Notes: generated from the letters alone by a model not told the origin. Counted from the whole stretch's first letter, positions 9,914-21,927 are shown. The stretch: 61,901 bases of DNA, filler included, from Hausera hauseri (GCA_046269625.1; 13 parts of 13 records of this genome joined end to end with filler, not necessarily neighbours in it); one strand, 5' to 3'. Program-made: numbers and translations.

Positions 9914-12900
9914 TGTTAAGGATTATTAACTAAGTATAGTGTGATCAACCCTGACACCATTTGAACAGTATTGTATGATCAACTGTGTGACACCATTTGA
10001 ACATCTATGTGATCACTTATGAACATTTGAACAATACATCATTCAAACTATGTTTTGTAAAAACTAAGTTGTGTAAACAGTAAATATATATTTTATGGTA
10101 TGCCTTCCTTCTTTTTCTTGTGAAGCCCCTTGATGGGCGGCTCGATTGTTATTATGCTGACACCGTGTACATATGATTGTTATCCAAGTTAAAATTTAAA
10201 ATGGCGAGGAACAGACGTTGGTGTGGAGGCAAAGAATATAAAATTGAAATTTAAAATAAACACAAAAATCGAAATTAATTTGAACATAATCAAATTTCTA
10301 AATAGTTATTGTGAATATGTCAATCATGAACAATGGAACTCGAAAGCAGTGAGTTTAACCCTGTGTCTCAAGAACAGCTGTTATAGATTGACAGAATAGC
10401 CATATGTCGATAATGGGTATGGAATAGAAATTTGAAAATAGAAAATACCAGTCATATGTGTACGTCAATCAATTTCGAGAATTCCAAGGAACATTTAAAA
10501 TGATCAATTTCGAGAATCCCAAGGAACAAAATGATTGACAGAAAAAACAAACGTGAATTTAAAAAATAGAATTCTAAAATTGATCGACAAGCAATGGAAA
10601 CAATAAGGGACGATTGACAGACGAATTCAAATAATCCATAAGCAAATTTAAATATTCTAGAAACATAATTTCAGAATGATTGACACAGAGAGTTGGTATA
10701 AAAACCAACGACATTCGAAACAACCAACCATTATTCACAATTAATTTGTATTCGTCAAAATATTAGTTAGACTGTTGTTCAACTTATTGCAGTAAGCTGT
10801 AAGGTATTACATTTAGATTATACCTTAATGATTAGTTGCAGCTGAAGAATAATCCACAATCTGTTCGAGGAACTTCAAGAAAACTTCAAAACTTTAAACA
10901 GTTACATTTCTTCATTAAAGAATTATACAACCATTCGATGGCCGAAGCACGCGATACCAATGTGAATGAAGAACCAACAACGAGTAAGAGATTGTAATTG
11001 ATTGCCTTTACATCATTGTTGTTCTAACGCCATTGAAGTACGATTTTATCATGTGTAAATTTTGTCAATTAATAAAATTTTTTATTTAATAAATTTGGAA
11101 TGTTGTGAAATGAGAATGGTGGATTAGCAAAACAATTGCGTTTGAAATTAATGAAAAGGCTAGCGGGTTGCTCTGACGACGACGTATGAAACGGCCATCT
11201 AAGTCCGGAAACAGATGATTTGGTTAATCAATTCCTTTGGTAGAATGTCCAAAAGCTGTTATGATTTCAAATGACAGAAATTAATTCAGTTCTGGCGAAG
11301 CGGAATTCACTTTCTCAAAATGGTATTGTTGATGACAGTTATGCTCCATTAATGGAAGTTCATCTGTATTGTCAAACAGAGTTTTATTTAATCATAATAC
11401 TGCTTGTAATTAACAATTATGTTAATATTGATAGGGTGATGAACCTCGCCGCGATTGACATCGTCAGAATTTTGTTATTATCCAAGACAAATAAAATGTA
11501 TAATGCTTTCATTAGTCACAGTATTACTTGTATAATATAACCATGTTGATATTGATGTTTGATAAAACGTGCAATGCCTTTCCCAGTCATGTCATTATTT
11601 GTGTTTTATAGTCCTGCTAATATGGACGTTTGAGAAGTTATGGCGAAATTGCTGTCATTGGGAATTTGTCATTATCAAGAATAGATGGAATGAATAGAGA
11701 TCGTAACTGGAGGTATCAAGGGTTGAATGTCAGAGGTCTCATGGTCATTTGGGTAAATATTGCGCGTATATCATCGAATTACCAAAATGGTGCTGGATTT
11801 CTACTGTCAGAGTTTGATAATGAGAGTTTTCGTATGGTTTATAGTTATTGTTTATACATTCGATAAATTAGGCTCATGATTGATGATATGATTGGTAAAA
11901 AGAAAGAACGTAATTGTAGATATACTCATGATTGGTGGTATGATTGGTGAAAACAAAAAATATGATTATGGACATATTCTTTAATCATTATCATAGGATA
12001 TTTTCTATAATGATAAATTATGATAAATTTGTGGATTACACCATCTGAATGGAAACAAAATGTATGACAATGATCCCTTCATATATATTTTGCATTTTTG
12101 TACCGTCTATTTGTTAATGAAAGTTTATGTGCAAATTATAGGAGTTTGTTTTTATTGTTGAAATAGGTTTCTTACTTGATCTTAATATTATTTCCCAATT
12201 ATATTAATAATGAATCATATCGTCGGATATTTGTCCTTACCCAAAGTAACAAAACATACAGGATCTCCTAGTCACAGTGCCGTTTACATTTATATAGTGA
12301 TATTTCGAGGAAATATAATGAGATCATAGCCATTGGGAATTTGCCATTATTGAGGATAAACGAATCAACTGGGTATTGTGAATAGAGGTCTCAGTGTTTG
12401 ATGTTGGAAATTTTGTGGTCATTTGGGTAGTTATTGAATACGTGTCACGAAATTGTTAAAATAACGATGAATACCTACCTTCGGTTATTGAGTTGGAGAT
12501 CTTGTATATGTTTTTGTGGGTTAGATTTGGGGTTACCATTTATACGTTTGACAAAGTATAATCATGTTTGGGATTACTATTGATAAAAAGCAAAGATAAA
12601 TTTATAGATATATTTTTTAACCATCTCTATACGTGCGATTGTTTTATATAACGATAGATATCCAATGGATACGTGAATTATGAACAGAGATGAAAACATA
12701 CTATGACAATCTCTCAAAATAAGTTTAAAAAATTTTCCTCATAAGTATTAAATACGTTTTTATACAATAAAGAAAGGACAATCATTATAGGATTTATAAG
12801 AAATAAGTATCAAAATTTTTATTGAAACCTGACCAACATGGTATAGACAAATGGTGAATGAGAAGACCATAAACATTGTGAGGAACTTCGGTAATAAATA

Positions 12901-13460
12901 ACGTGAAGTTAATAATAATTAATAAACTGTACTCGAACATGGGAACATTAATGATAACCATGATAATGGTTTTGGATATTCAAATTTAATCTAGAATCAG
13001 GATGAAAGATTTGACAAATTGTATAGATATCCTGAAGAAGACAGAATTATCTGAGATTGAAATCTTGGAATTTCATTATTTATTAATAGATTCAATTGTG
13101 GACAAAACAAATTCGATATTGACCAAAGTTATATCAATTGTATAATATAACAAAACATTACAAGAAGAATATACTGACCAGTACATATGTCAGACTTGCG
13201 GATTTGCCAGATTTATAATTTGCCAGATTTATAATTTAATGAGCATGACCATAGATTTGTAAATTTATGAAGACTTTACCAATTCAAATCATTGAGGTTC
13301 GCTAGAGATACTCACACCCACTTCAGACAATGAGACAAGGTTATAGAATAAACAACATTAAGATAAAAATGAGTTCAGAAATGATCATAAACCTCAATTA
13401 CAAGAATAACTTTATATGTTAGGTACCATTTAAGGTTAAGTAACCCCTGTACCACCAACA
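9914..13460 (+). repeat. Candidate ~3.5-kb LTR (TGTT...AACA) between PPT and PBS
   Basis: Starts TGTT right after the PPT and ends CAACA 7 nt before a PBS. It has internal short repeats and no long ORF. It could instead be two LTR pieces with intervening DNA. Confidence 0.45.
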
Positions 13461-13467
13461 TATAAAC

Positions 13468-13484
13468 TGGTGCCCCGAGTGAGG
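13468..13484 (+). promoter_or_regulatory. Primer-binding site complementary to elongator tRNA-Met 3' end
   Basis: TGGTGCCCCGAGTGAGG versus TGGTGCCCCGTGTGAGG, the complement expected from metazoan elongator tRNA-Met (1 mismatch). Confidence 0.7.
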
Positions 13485-13750
13485 AGCACATAATGGTTAT
13501 AAGGAATTGGATGTAAGAAATGGAGCATCAAGATAAATGAATTGATATCCTATTGTAAAATGCATTTAGCACTATAGTAAACTTTAGTCTTGGTAATTTT
13601 AGGAACTACACCTTGCGACATATGCTTTGGACCCCTCGGGAGAAAATACGNNNNNNNNNNNNNNNNNNNNNNNNNNNNNNNNNNNNNNNNNNNNTTAATT
13701 AATTAANNNNNNNNNNNNNNNNNNNNNNNNNNNNNNNNNNNNNNNNNNNN

Positions 13751-16700
13751 ATTCATTTAATTCTTCGTTATCCGTACTGAAAGTGGGAATTGACATTTGG
13801 CTCAATTCTCTAATCAATTCCCTGTTATAGTCCGCTTCTTCTTGGGCTTTTCTAGGTCTGCCGACAGGGCGTTTCGGCCTTGGAGCATTGGTTACCATTT
13901 CGCTTAGTGGCACTAGATTATTGTCATATTGTTCCTTGTCTTCATCCGCCTGTAAATACTCGAAATACATCACAGCATCACGTACTCACATTGTTCCGTT
14001 TTTGCCTATTGCGTGGCTTCTTTTGTCTGTTCATTGGCTATTATTACTAATATCCGATTCGTTTCGTCGGGGATAATTCCGACGTCTATTAATTGTTCTA
14101 AATCCTCTAGTATTTTTCCTCTAAAGTAAAATCTGTAATTTAGCTCGTTTGTTCCGCCATTATTTAATTACCATTCTCTTACGTCCTTTACATAGGAATA
14201 AGTAGTTAACTCACATTCTTTCTCGTCCATCCATTCGGACGATATCATTATTTTCATCGTTACTTCCAGTTTAGCCTTCAAGATTTTCGCATATTTATCA
14301 AAAGTTTCGGTACCGCGTTGTAAATTATGTTTTCACTGTATAATTTTGTCAAAGTTGGAATGAGTTGTCTGAGCTTATTTTCAATAATATTCACATTAGC
14401 TGAGTCCAAGAGCATCTCCACATTGAATTTCCTGTTCTGTTGGTACATTTCTATTTTATTTAGGTGTACCGGAGTGACGTGATTTTATGCCGTTATTGCT
14501 TCTAAATAAGCATCCCATTCTGGTTCATTCCTATATCGGGAAATGCATAGTCTACTAGGGCTGTATTCGTTCTTTGTACATTTTCTCATATTTCTTTCAG
14601 TTTTGGTTGTATTTCTTTCATCTGTGTAGTTCGGAAACCTATTCCGTTTCCACAGGCATATTGAATCATTTTCAGTAGTTCGCCTAATTCGTTAGAATTG
14701 ATAAATCCCTTTTGGTGATAATCGGTTAGTTCAATAATTACATCTCTTTGCCATCTCTGCACAAATTCTCCTTTATTTTTAATTTCTAATTCTGTAAAAG
14801 CGTATTTGTTCCGGTAACCTTCAAACTCTTACTAGTTCATCTAGCCTCGTTGCTCTTTGTTTCGTTCTGATGCATGGCTCTTCAACTTGTATTTTGGGTA
14901 TTAATTGCTTCATCCTTTCATCATTAATCTCCGCAATTACTACAAGTAAATAGGCTAGCCCATCTCATTTATAATTTTCGAGTCGGTGTCCATTGCATCC
15001 AGCAATTTCTTTACGAAATTAGATTCTTCGACACTAAGACGTTGGTCGTTTCTTACTCTCGTCAATTCGGTGTGATAATTCTGATCCGTACCGGCTATCC
15101 ATTCTTGTGGTTTATGCAAAAATCTTACTGCTTCTGTCAGAGCTACTCTATGTCCCGGACAAATATCCAAGGTTTCGATATTCTGGATTGAAATCTCGTT
15201 GATAGATTTATCTCTTAAGTGTTGGATTCCTTCTCTTCGAAGACTTCTTAACCTTGAGTACAAATTTCAAGTCATGTTTCGCTTTTCTGTAAAGTTTGTC
15301 TCTTCAATCATTTTATATATTTCTTCTAAGATTGTCTCTTCTTGCTTCTTTATAAATTTTAACCGTCGAAGTGCTTCGAACCGTGTCCGGATATCTATTT
15401 CTGCTTGTATGGTGGTTAAGTTACGTGCACCTTCTTCTAGTTGCTTTTTACCGATGGTTCGCTTTCCGGAAATTCTTTCTTACGGTCTTCTACTAATTTA
15501 CTTAATCTGGTTATTAGTTCAGACTATTCTGATAATTGGTTGGCGATTATTGGCTTGGCTAATATTACTTTGTCTAGTATCTTAGGCATCTTTCAACTCG
15601 TCGTCTGGGCCTTTTATGAAGTTCATAAATTGACTAACATAATTGAGCTCATCCTTATATTTGTCGAGTTCTATGATACAAGCCTTTATTATATATTCGG
15701 TTTCTTTGTTATTTATGAACATAATTCGGTTTTTCAAACTATTGATCTGCGATCTTTTCTCATTCTCCATCTTAATGCGACTCTTTAAGTCCGCCCATCG
15801 TCTAGGTTCGGCAAAGGCAATTTTTTATCATCTCCGTTAAGGACGGCATATCTATCGGGTTTACACCAAATATTTCTAAATCAGTATCACTTTGATTGCT
15901 AACCGGCTTTTCTCTAAGCCGATTGATCATTACACAACGAATTTAATTCATCATACGTTCTAAATTACGGCCTACTCTCTTCAGTTTTGGGTTTGTTTCT
16001 AAAGTAGACAGTAGCGTCTGAGCTTTAGTAACCTTCACATCAATACTATCCTCGTTTTTACTCCATCCTTCCGAAAACTCGACTCCACTTTTAATCCATG
16101 ACTCTAATTCATGGTTCCACTTCATCAACGTATCTCGTGGCACCTCTTCGGGTTGTCTTAGTTCGATTGCTTCCTCGAGCTTTCCTTCACTACATAATTT
16201 TAAACTTTTGTATAATTTCTCTGTAAATTGTTGTTCCTTACCAGATGTCTTTTTCTTTACTGGTCTATTTAAGCCTTTCTAGAGTGCGTCGTAGTATCTC
16301 TGGGTCGTGACATCTAATTCTCATTCTCTTTAATTTGTTGGCGTTCTTCCATGAACGTCGGACTTCCCATTTTTTTACGTCAAGGTCATTATCATGTTCC
16401 GTTTCTTCCTCACTAGCGGGAAGCGGACAAATTTCATTGACTTCGTCCTTAATATTCATTATCTGTGGAGTTTCTAACACTTGGAATCCCTATAGGCGTA
16501 ATCGAAATATCCGAGGGCGAGTCATCTCTTAGGATAGCAGTATAGAAATCTCCTTTTTCTTTTGTATCCCTTTTAATTGGAGATCTTAAGAGTCTTGAAT
16601 TTTCTCTTGGGTGATGGGTTTCTACCTCTATTCTTGGTTATCTTAAGAACTAAAAGCTCAATAAATTCATTTTCGATCTCATCTGTTGTTTCGTCTGGTT

Positions 16701-17881
16701 TGTGTTTCTTGGATTCTGCGTCTAAATCTACATTCTGAGATGTCGTTAGTTTCTCCGATTGTGCTATTACTTGCGGAATATACTTCTTACGCGCCATATT
16801 AGTATGATTTGGTGCCAAAGCCCATTCTTCTTCGGTTTGTGGTTCTCTTCATCCATGATAAACTTCCATTAGTCGTAATTTCTTTTCATAGTCTTTTCCA
16901 GCGTTCATTACTTGAGGGTTTGTAGTTTCGCCTAGATTCCTTACATATCTGCGTAAATCTTGCATTTCAATAATTAGGCTTATATCTCCTCGTTTACCAT
17001 AGATGGCTTCTAAGTTATTTTTGATCATACTTGTTTTATTCGATACGGTAAATGTGACGCTTCTAGGATTTGGACATGATCTAGCGATGTGTCCTTCTTT
17101 TTCACATGTAAAGCATGTTAAATTCCCATTCCGGCCAACTCTTTGTCGGCCATCTTCATTTACAGGCGATTTCGCGCTGTTTGTATTCTTATTCTGGCTC
17201 TGTAGCATTTGTCTATTCTCTACGTCGTATTTATTATCCGTATATTTATTATTAGGTCGGTACCCCCTTGGTTCCTATCTGAATTGTAACTCGATTTATC
17301 ATACGAGTTATTTCGATTATTACTAAAATTTATGTCATTCTTTTGATTCCTATTGTGAACGTTTTGGTTTCTGTTATTAAAACCTCGGTTCCGGTTATAA
17401 TCGTTAAATTGTCTGTTATCTTGATTTTCATTTCTATTTTGATTATTGCGGTTATTATTCTTTTCATATTTATCACCTTGCTGGACATATCTCTCTAATG
17501 TTATTTCTAGATCTTGGGCTAATTGTAAAGTCCGTTCAAAATTATCGGTTCTAGCCAGAATTAACTGTATAACTAAATCTCTTTACCATATGCCATTTAT
17601 TAACTGAATCGTCATCATGACGTCTAAATTTGGTGGCGTTGCTTTTTCCGCAGCATCACACTCTGCATCTGTTTTAGCTTTTGCTACATTAACTATTCTT
17701 AAGGTGCTCACATAACTATTATCGATATTTTTAATGCAAACGCAAACTGGGTAAGCGATTCACCCTTTTGTTGCACTCTGTTCTAAAATGTTATAAGTTT
17801 CTGCTGTGACGTTACTGTTTGCAATATTTACGGTTTAATGCTCTTACCAGGGTGGATCAAGATTTCTTTTCGTCACTGGTA
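13751..17881 (-). mobile_element. Degenerate Ty3/gypsy gag with CCHC knuckle and very long C-terminal extension
   Basis: Capsid C-terminal motif QKGES, knuckle CFTCEKEGHIARSC and many stops. Colinear homology with 50200-53400. Confidence 0.8.
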
Positions 17882-18183
17882 NNNNNNNNNNNNNNNNNNN
17901 NNNNNNNNNNNNNNNNNNNNNNNNNTTAATTAATTAANNNNNNNNNNNNNNNNNNNNNNNNNNNNNNNNNNNNNNNNNNNNTCCCTACGCACCGGTGACA
18001 TTGAAAGGTAGTATGAAAATAACGTACAACAAGACTGTTACTAAAACCAAAACACATTCTTGTTCTCTGACACTTACTGACAATAAAATAACAGTTGGAA
18101 AATCGGGCTTTTGCACGACCAAATCAAATTAATGCATATTCAATAAGATTGGCGTTTTTATTTTAGGGGAATACTTACATTTT

Positions 18184-18934
18184 ATGGCATATTTTGAATT
18201 TACTGTTATCTTTAAGTCCTCTGAGATGGCGCAGACATTTAGATTCAAAAATACAGAGTATAAAGGTAAACATATTAAAAGTGAATATGTGGTTGGTCCA
18301 AGATTAAATCCCGTATATTACCAGACAACGGTGAAATTTACTTATACAACAGAAAGGGTGTCAACGTCATACATATTGATTGGAGACAATGTCTATTGCA
18401 AATCTGTAGCACAGCTCTGTCAACACTTTTCTTCTTCGAATCAAAAGTACAAGGCGATATTTAAAATTTTTGGGTCAGATGCAAATGGGTACATTAAATT
18501 TGAACTGACTAAGGATATTGTTGACATTTCATTGAACAAAGCTTTGGCCATGGTATTGGGTTTTGAAAAACAGCAGTTTGAGGCATCGAATAAGAAGACG
18601 GCGGCAATACATGTTAAATACACTTAAAACCAAACTAAAAACTGGTCTAAGTCAAATGTGCATTTACGTGAACGTCACCGAACCAATTTTAATCCGTGGA
18701 GTACGTGCACCGCTACTCTGTGCAATTTATCCGGAAAGCAGCAAATATACTGCTGGCAACAATGTCACTCTCAAGCTCGATAATCCAATGTACCTTCCTG
18801 TGGCATCTACATCTATAAACAATGTTGAAGTAAATATCCGATGTGACGCGAGCTACCTTATTGAATTTCCGTACGGTACCACAACCAGTCTAACTCTTAA
18901 TTTCCGTCAAATCCAACAACAACAACATGATTGA
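18184..18934 (+). pseudogene. Polinton minor capsid (penton) protein, frameshifted
   Basis: The C-terminus MCIYVNVTEPILIRGVRAPLLCAI...NPMYLPV...INNVEVNIRCD...FPYGTTTSLTLNFR matches the Maverick mCP pattern. Confidence 0.75.
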
Positions 18935-19301
18935 TTCCGAAATCGTTTCCATTTACATTACACCCCAGCAAGGCTGTGAACTGCCGTATTTCGTTGGTAA
19001 ACAGTATGACTCTGGATAGTTGCGTACATTGGCACGTTTAGCATTTCCGTCGTTGAAGCGTATCGGTGCCGTGGCAGCAAAAACAGTACAGGACGCACTA
19101 TAAGAAAACAAATTGATTTTACCATCATTTATGAAATACGCCTTGTCAGAAATAAAAAACGCTGAACCGGGACTCGTTGAATCGGTCAAAAAACAATTCG
19201 CTGGCAGTGGCTTGGGGAAACACCATAGAGCATCATCGAGCTTATTAACTATAAACAAACGTTGTCATCGTACGATTTTCGATCGATTGATTGACAAATA
19301 G
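18927..19301 (+). pseudogene. Polinton small virion core protein (QxGxG type), with stops
   Basis: MIDSEIVSIY...QQGCELPYFVGKQYDSG*LRTLARLAFP...FAGSGLGK with a basic tail. Copy 2 reads QYGFGWLRTLARLAFP. Confidence 0.6.
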
Positions 19302-19305
19302 ACAA

Positions 19306-20542
19306 ATGGTATCTGCAAAATCTGAATTGTATATATTTGTAAAAGCGGCACCACAAGTTGTTATTGACAATGCGGAATTTGAAAAAATCTGCCCGTTGAT
19401 TCGGCTTCAATGTATGATAACCTTGACACTCAATTCAACATTATGGCATCGGACAATGAATACCTGGATTTGAACGATACGCAACTCTATGTAAAAGTCA
19501 TTGTCAAAAAAGATACATTAACTGTACCCGTTGCAACAGACACTGTCTCACCGGCCAACTACTTTTTCCTCACACTGTTCCAGGAGGCTTCACTGACTCT
19601 GAACACCTTCAAAATCGAAGGCAACACCAGTTTATACATTATCAAAGCACTCACTGAAACGGCTCTGAATTACAGGATAGACAAGAAAACGACTCATTTG
19701 ACGAAAACCGTCGGATATGACGTCACTGCTGCAAACAGTCAGGCATGGGTGGCAGAATCAAAAGCACTTACAATGTATGGACCGCTGTATTTTGACTTTT
19801 TCGATCAGCCGAAATACCTACTATCCGGTGTTAAAGCCATGATTCAGCTCAAACGCAGCAACAATGTTTTTTATTTGAAAACCGCTGTTGCACAGCTTAA
19901 ACCCATATTGAAAATTACCGAGGCACGATTATACGTACGTCGAGTAAAGGTTGAACCATCTGTGCTCATGGAACTTCAATTGGGCTTGGAAACACAAAAT
20001 GCCTGTTACCCAATACAACGCACAGAACTCGTCTTTTACATCATACCAAAAGATTCAGCTACGTTTTGCAAAGATGCACTGTTTGGCGACATGCGATTGC
20101 CGAAATTTGTGCTCATTACATTTCAAGCGTCTGTTCAACAAACAGGCAGTTATATCACCGATTCGGAAACCTTTACCCATAGCAATGTAAATGACATCAG
20201 TTTGGGTAGGAATGCGGATTTCGTTGAGACATACGAGCATAATTTCAAGACCGGCGATTACGTTTACACATATATGCAATCTATCGTGCGCAACATGGGT
20301 TTGCTGAACAAAAAAGCATCAACAATGGCATATCAATGGATTTTTTCAAGTCCACCTATTTATTCTTCACATTTGTCCTGGCTCCGGACTATGACATTGA
20401 GAAGGCTTAACTACCTCAGCAGGGAAACCTGAGACTGGAAGTTCACTTTGCTAAAGCGTTGGAGAAATCAACCATCATGTACATTTACGGTGTATTTGAT
20501 GTCGAGGTTGAAATAACGAAAAAGAAAACCATCATTTTATAA
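19306..20542 (+). pseudogene. Polinton major capsid protein (double jelly-roll), frameshifted near 19400 and 20315
   Basis: Motifs AKSEL, EYLDLNDTQLYVK, PANYFFLTLF, FFDQPKYLLSGV..IQLKRS, ARLYVRRVKVEPSV, YPIQR and GNLRLEVHFAKAL. Confidence 0.85.
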
Positions 20543-20609
20543 ATAAAACTTTCTTCTTCTTCTTCTTCTTCCTCTTTGTACCATAAAGTAATTTATTACC
20601 ATTATTACT

Positions 20610-21000
20610 ATTATGATTAAATCATGTTTTAGGTTTAGCTTAACTGACCTCACTCACTATGGAAAACTCTATTGGGTGTGAAATTCCGCTCTGTACTTCC
20701 ACAGGACCGTGTGCCGCGTGACTTACGAAAAAATGGTGGTGGCGGAGGTTTCATCGTCAATACACGCAGTTCATCATTACGGGGCGAACATTAGATTACG
20801 GCGTACGTACATCCAACTGGCATCGAGGTATTCGATCCGCTAGGGTTTTATTATCCGTTATCGTTAATTTCTCAAATTTAACGGCAATAACATCATTAGC
20901 GTGTTGTATATAATCGACTTCATTATCAACATCCACTTACCGTATTGCATGGACATTACTGTCTATTGTTGCTTACATTACACACATTTTTGCGAACGTA
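20610..21000 (+). pseudogene. Adenain-family (adenovirus-type) cysteine protease, disrupted
   Basis: FRSVLPQDRVP...FIVNT...GEH*ITAY...EVFDPLG...YQHP..GHYC. Confidence 0.75.
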
Positions 21001-21333
21001 TTCCGCAATTTTGAATGGACAGACAAACAAACAGATAGACTTTTTTGTGCGGATGGACAGAGAGTGCTTGTGATGTATTGTTGTATCGTTTTATTACCTT
21101 TGTTACATTTGTGCTACACTGTCTCAGGCGTCACCTTTACTACTGATACTACTACTACTACTACTGGCATGGCAGTTTTGATTATAATCATTCTTCTTAT
21201 GAGTATTACCCAATTATGAGCTCATACTCATAGTGTGATTGAAATTTATTATTAATCGCCGTTCGGTTTTAATGGTCGTCGTCGTCGTACAAAATAAAAT
21301 TCACGACAGATTTTTACTACAAAACAAACGCAT

Positions 21334-21822
21334 TTACAAAAAACACAAAGCGAAAATAACGATTTTGACGTTTTTAACAAAATGTGTGCGTTTTTCACCC
21401 CGATCCATTGGTCTGATCGTAAGGCGGTTATAATATGAAATTTTTCCCAGCTTATCGGCAATATACCGGACCCATTTCCATCGCCGGCAGACTTGAATAG
21501 GGGGAAATTTTACCCGACGGAAATTTTCCCAACCGGTTTTCCGAATGTTCCCTTGGTCGGACGACGACGAAACCGTGTTCATTCTACTTGCCAACATCAA
21601 TACTACCTCTGTACAAAACTTCTGTATACCAACTACATGCGTTGCGTTGCCAGTTGCACATTGCCCATTTTTCTTCTTCCGCCTCCTGTGCTGCCAGGTT
21701 ACATTTTCGGCTTTTTGCCGCTGTTTACTTTTGTTCGACTTGTGCGGCTTTGCTGACCGATCTCGGACCCAAGTACATTGCTCCACTTTTTTCTTTCCCT
21801 GAGGATAGGTCTTCGACCACAA
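21334..21822 (-). CDS. Unknown small basic protein encoded in the Polinton terminal region
   Basis: 162-aa ORF. Its C-terminal half is conserved in two more copies (about 41390-41600 and 41980-42200), with several synonymous changes in this frame. Confidence 0.5.
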   Translation of the reverse strand: MWSKTYPQGKKKVEQCTWVRDRSAKPHKSNKSKQRQKAENVTWQHRRRKKKNGQCATGNATHVVGIQKFCTEVVLMLASRMNTVSSSSDQGNIRKTGWENFRRVKFPPIQVCRRWKWVRYIADKLGKISYYNRLTIRPMDRGEKRTHFVKNVKIVIFALCFL

Positions 21823-21927
21823 AATATGAAATGCTCAGAATTGCGAATAGGTGGAGAAAACTATGTTTCAGGTCCATCTGAGCACTTTTTGGAATCGGGG
21901 GTGGAGCGGACACTTCTACCTAATAAT

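Larger units (their letters stand above)
17982..21927 (+). mobile_element. Polinton/Maverick (adintovirus-like) element, virion module and right end, copy 1 (degenerate)
   Basis: Gene order is minor capsid, small core protein, major capsid, adenain protease, then a terminal region ending TTCTACCTAATAAT. Colinear with 38751-42484. Confidence 0.85.

Noticed and set aside
14260-14330. Second Gag capsid motif (QRGTETFDKYAK) suggesting a double-gag element
   Set aside because: Alignment with 50700-50820 shows third-position changes supporting a different frame (LTKLYSENIIYNAVPKLL).
21252-21520. TBP-like or HUH-Rep reading of the Polinton terminal repeat
   Set aside because: The TBP-like frame is not the one favoured by synonymous changes. 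In the favoured frame, YIADK does not fit the HUH motif III YxxK spacing, and no HUH motif is present.
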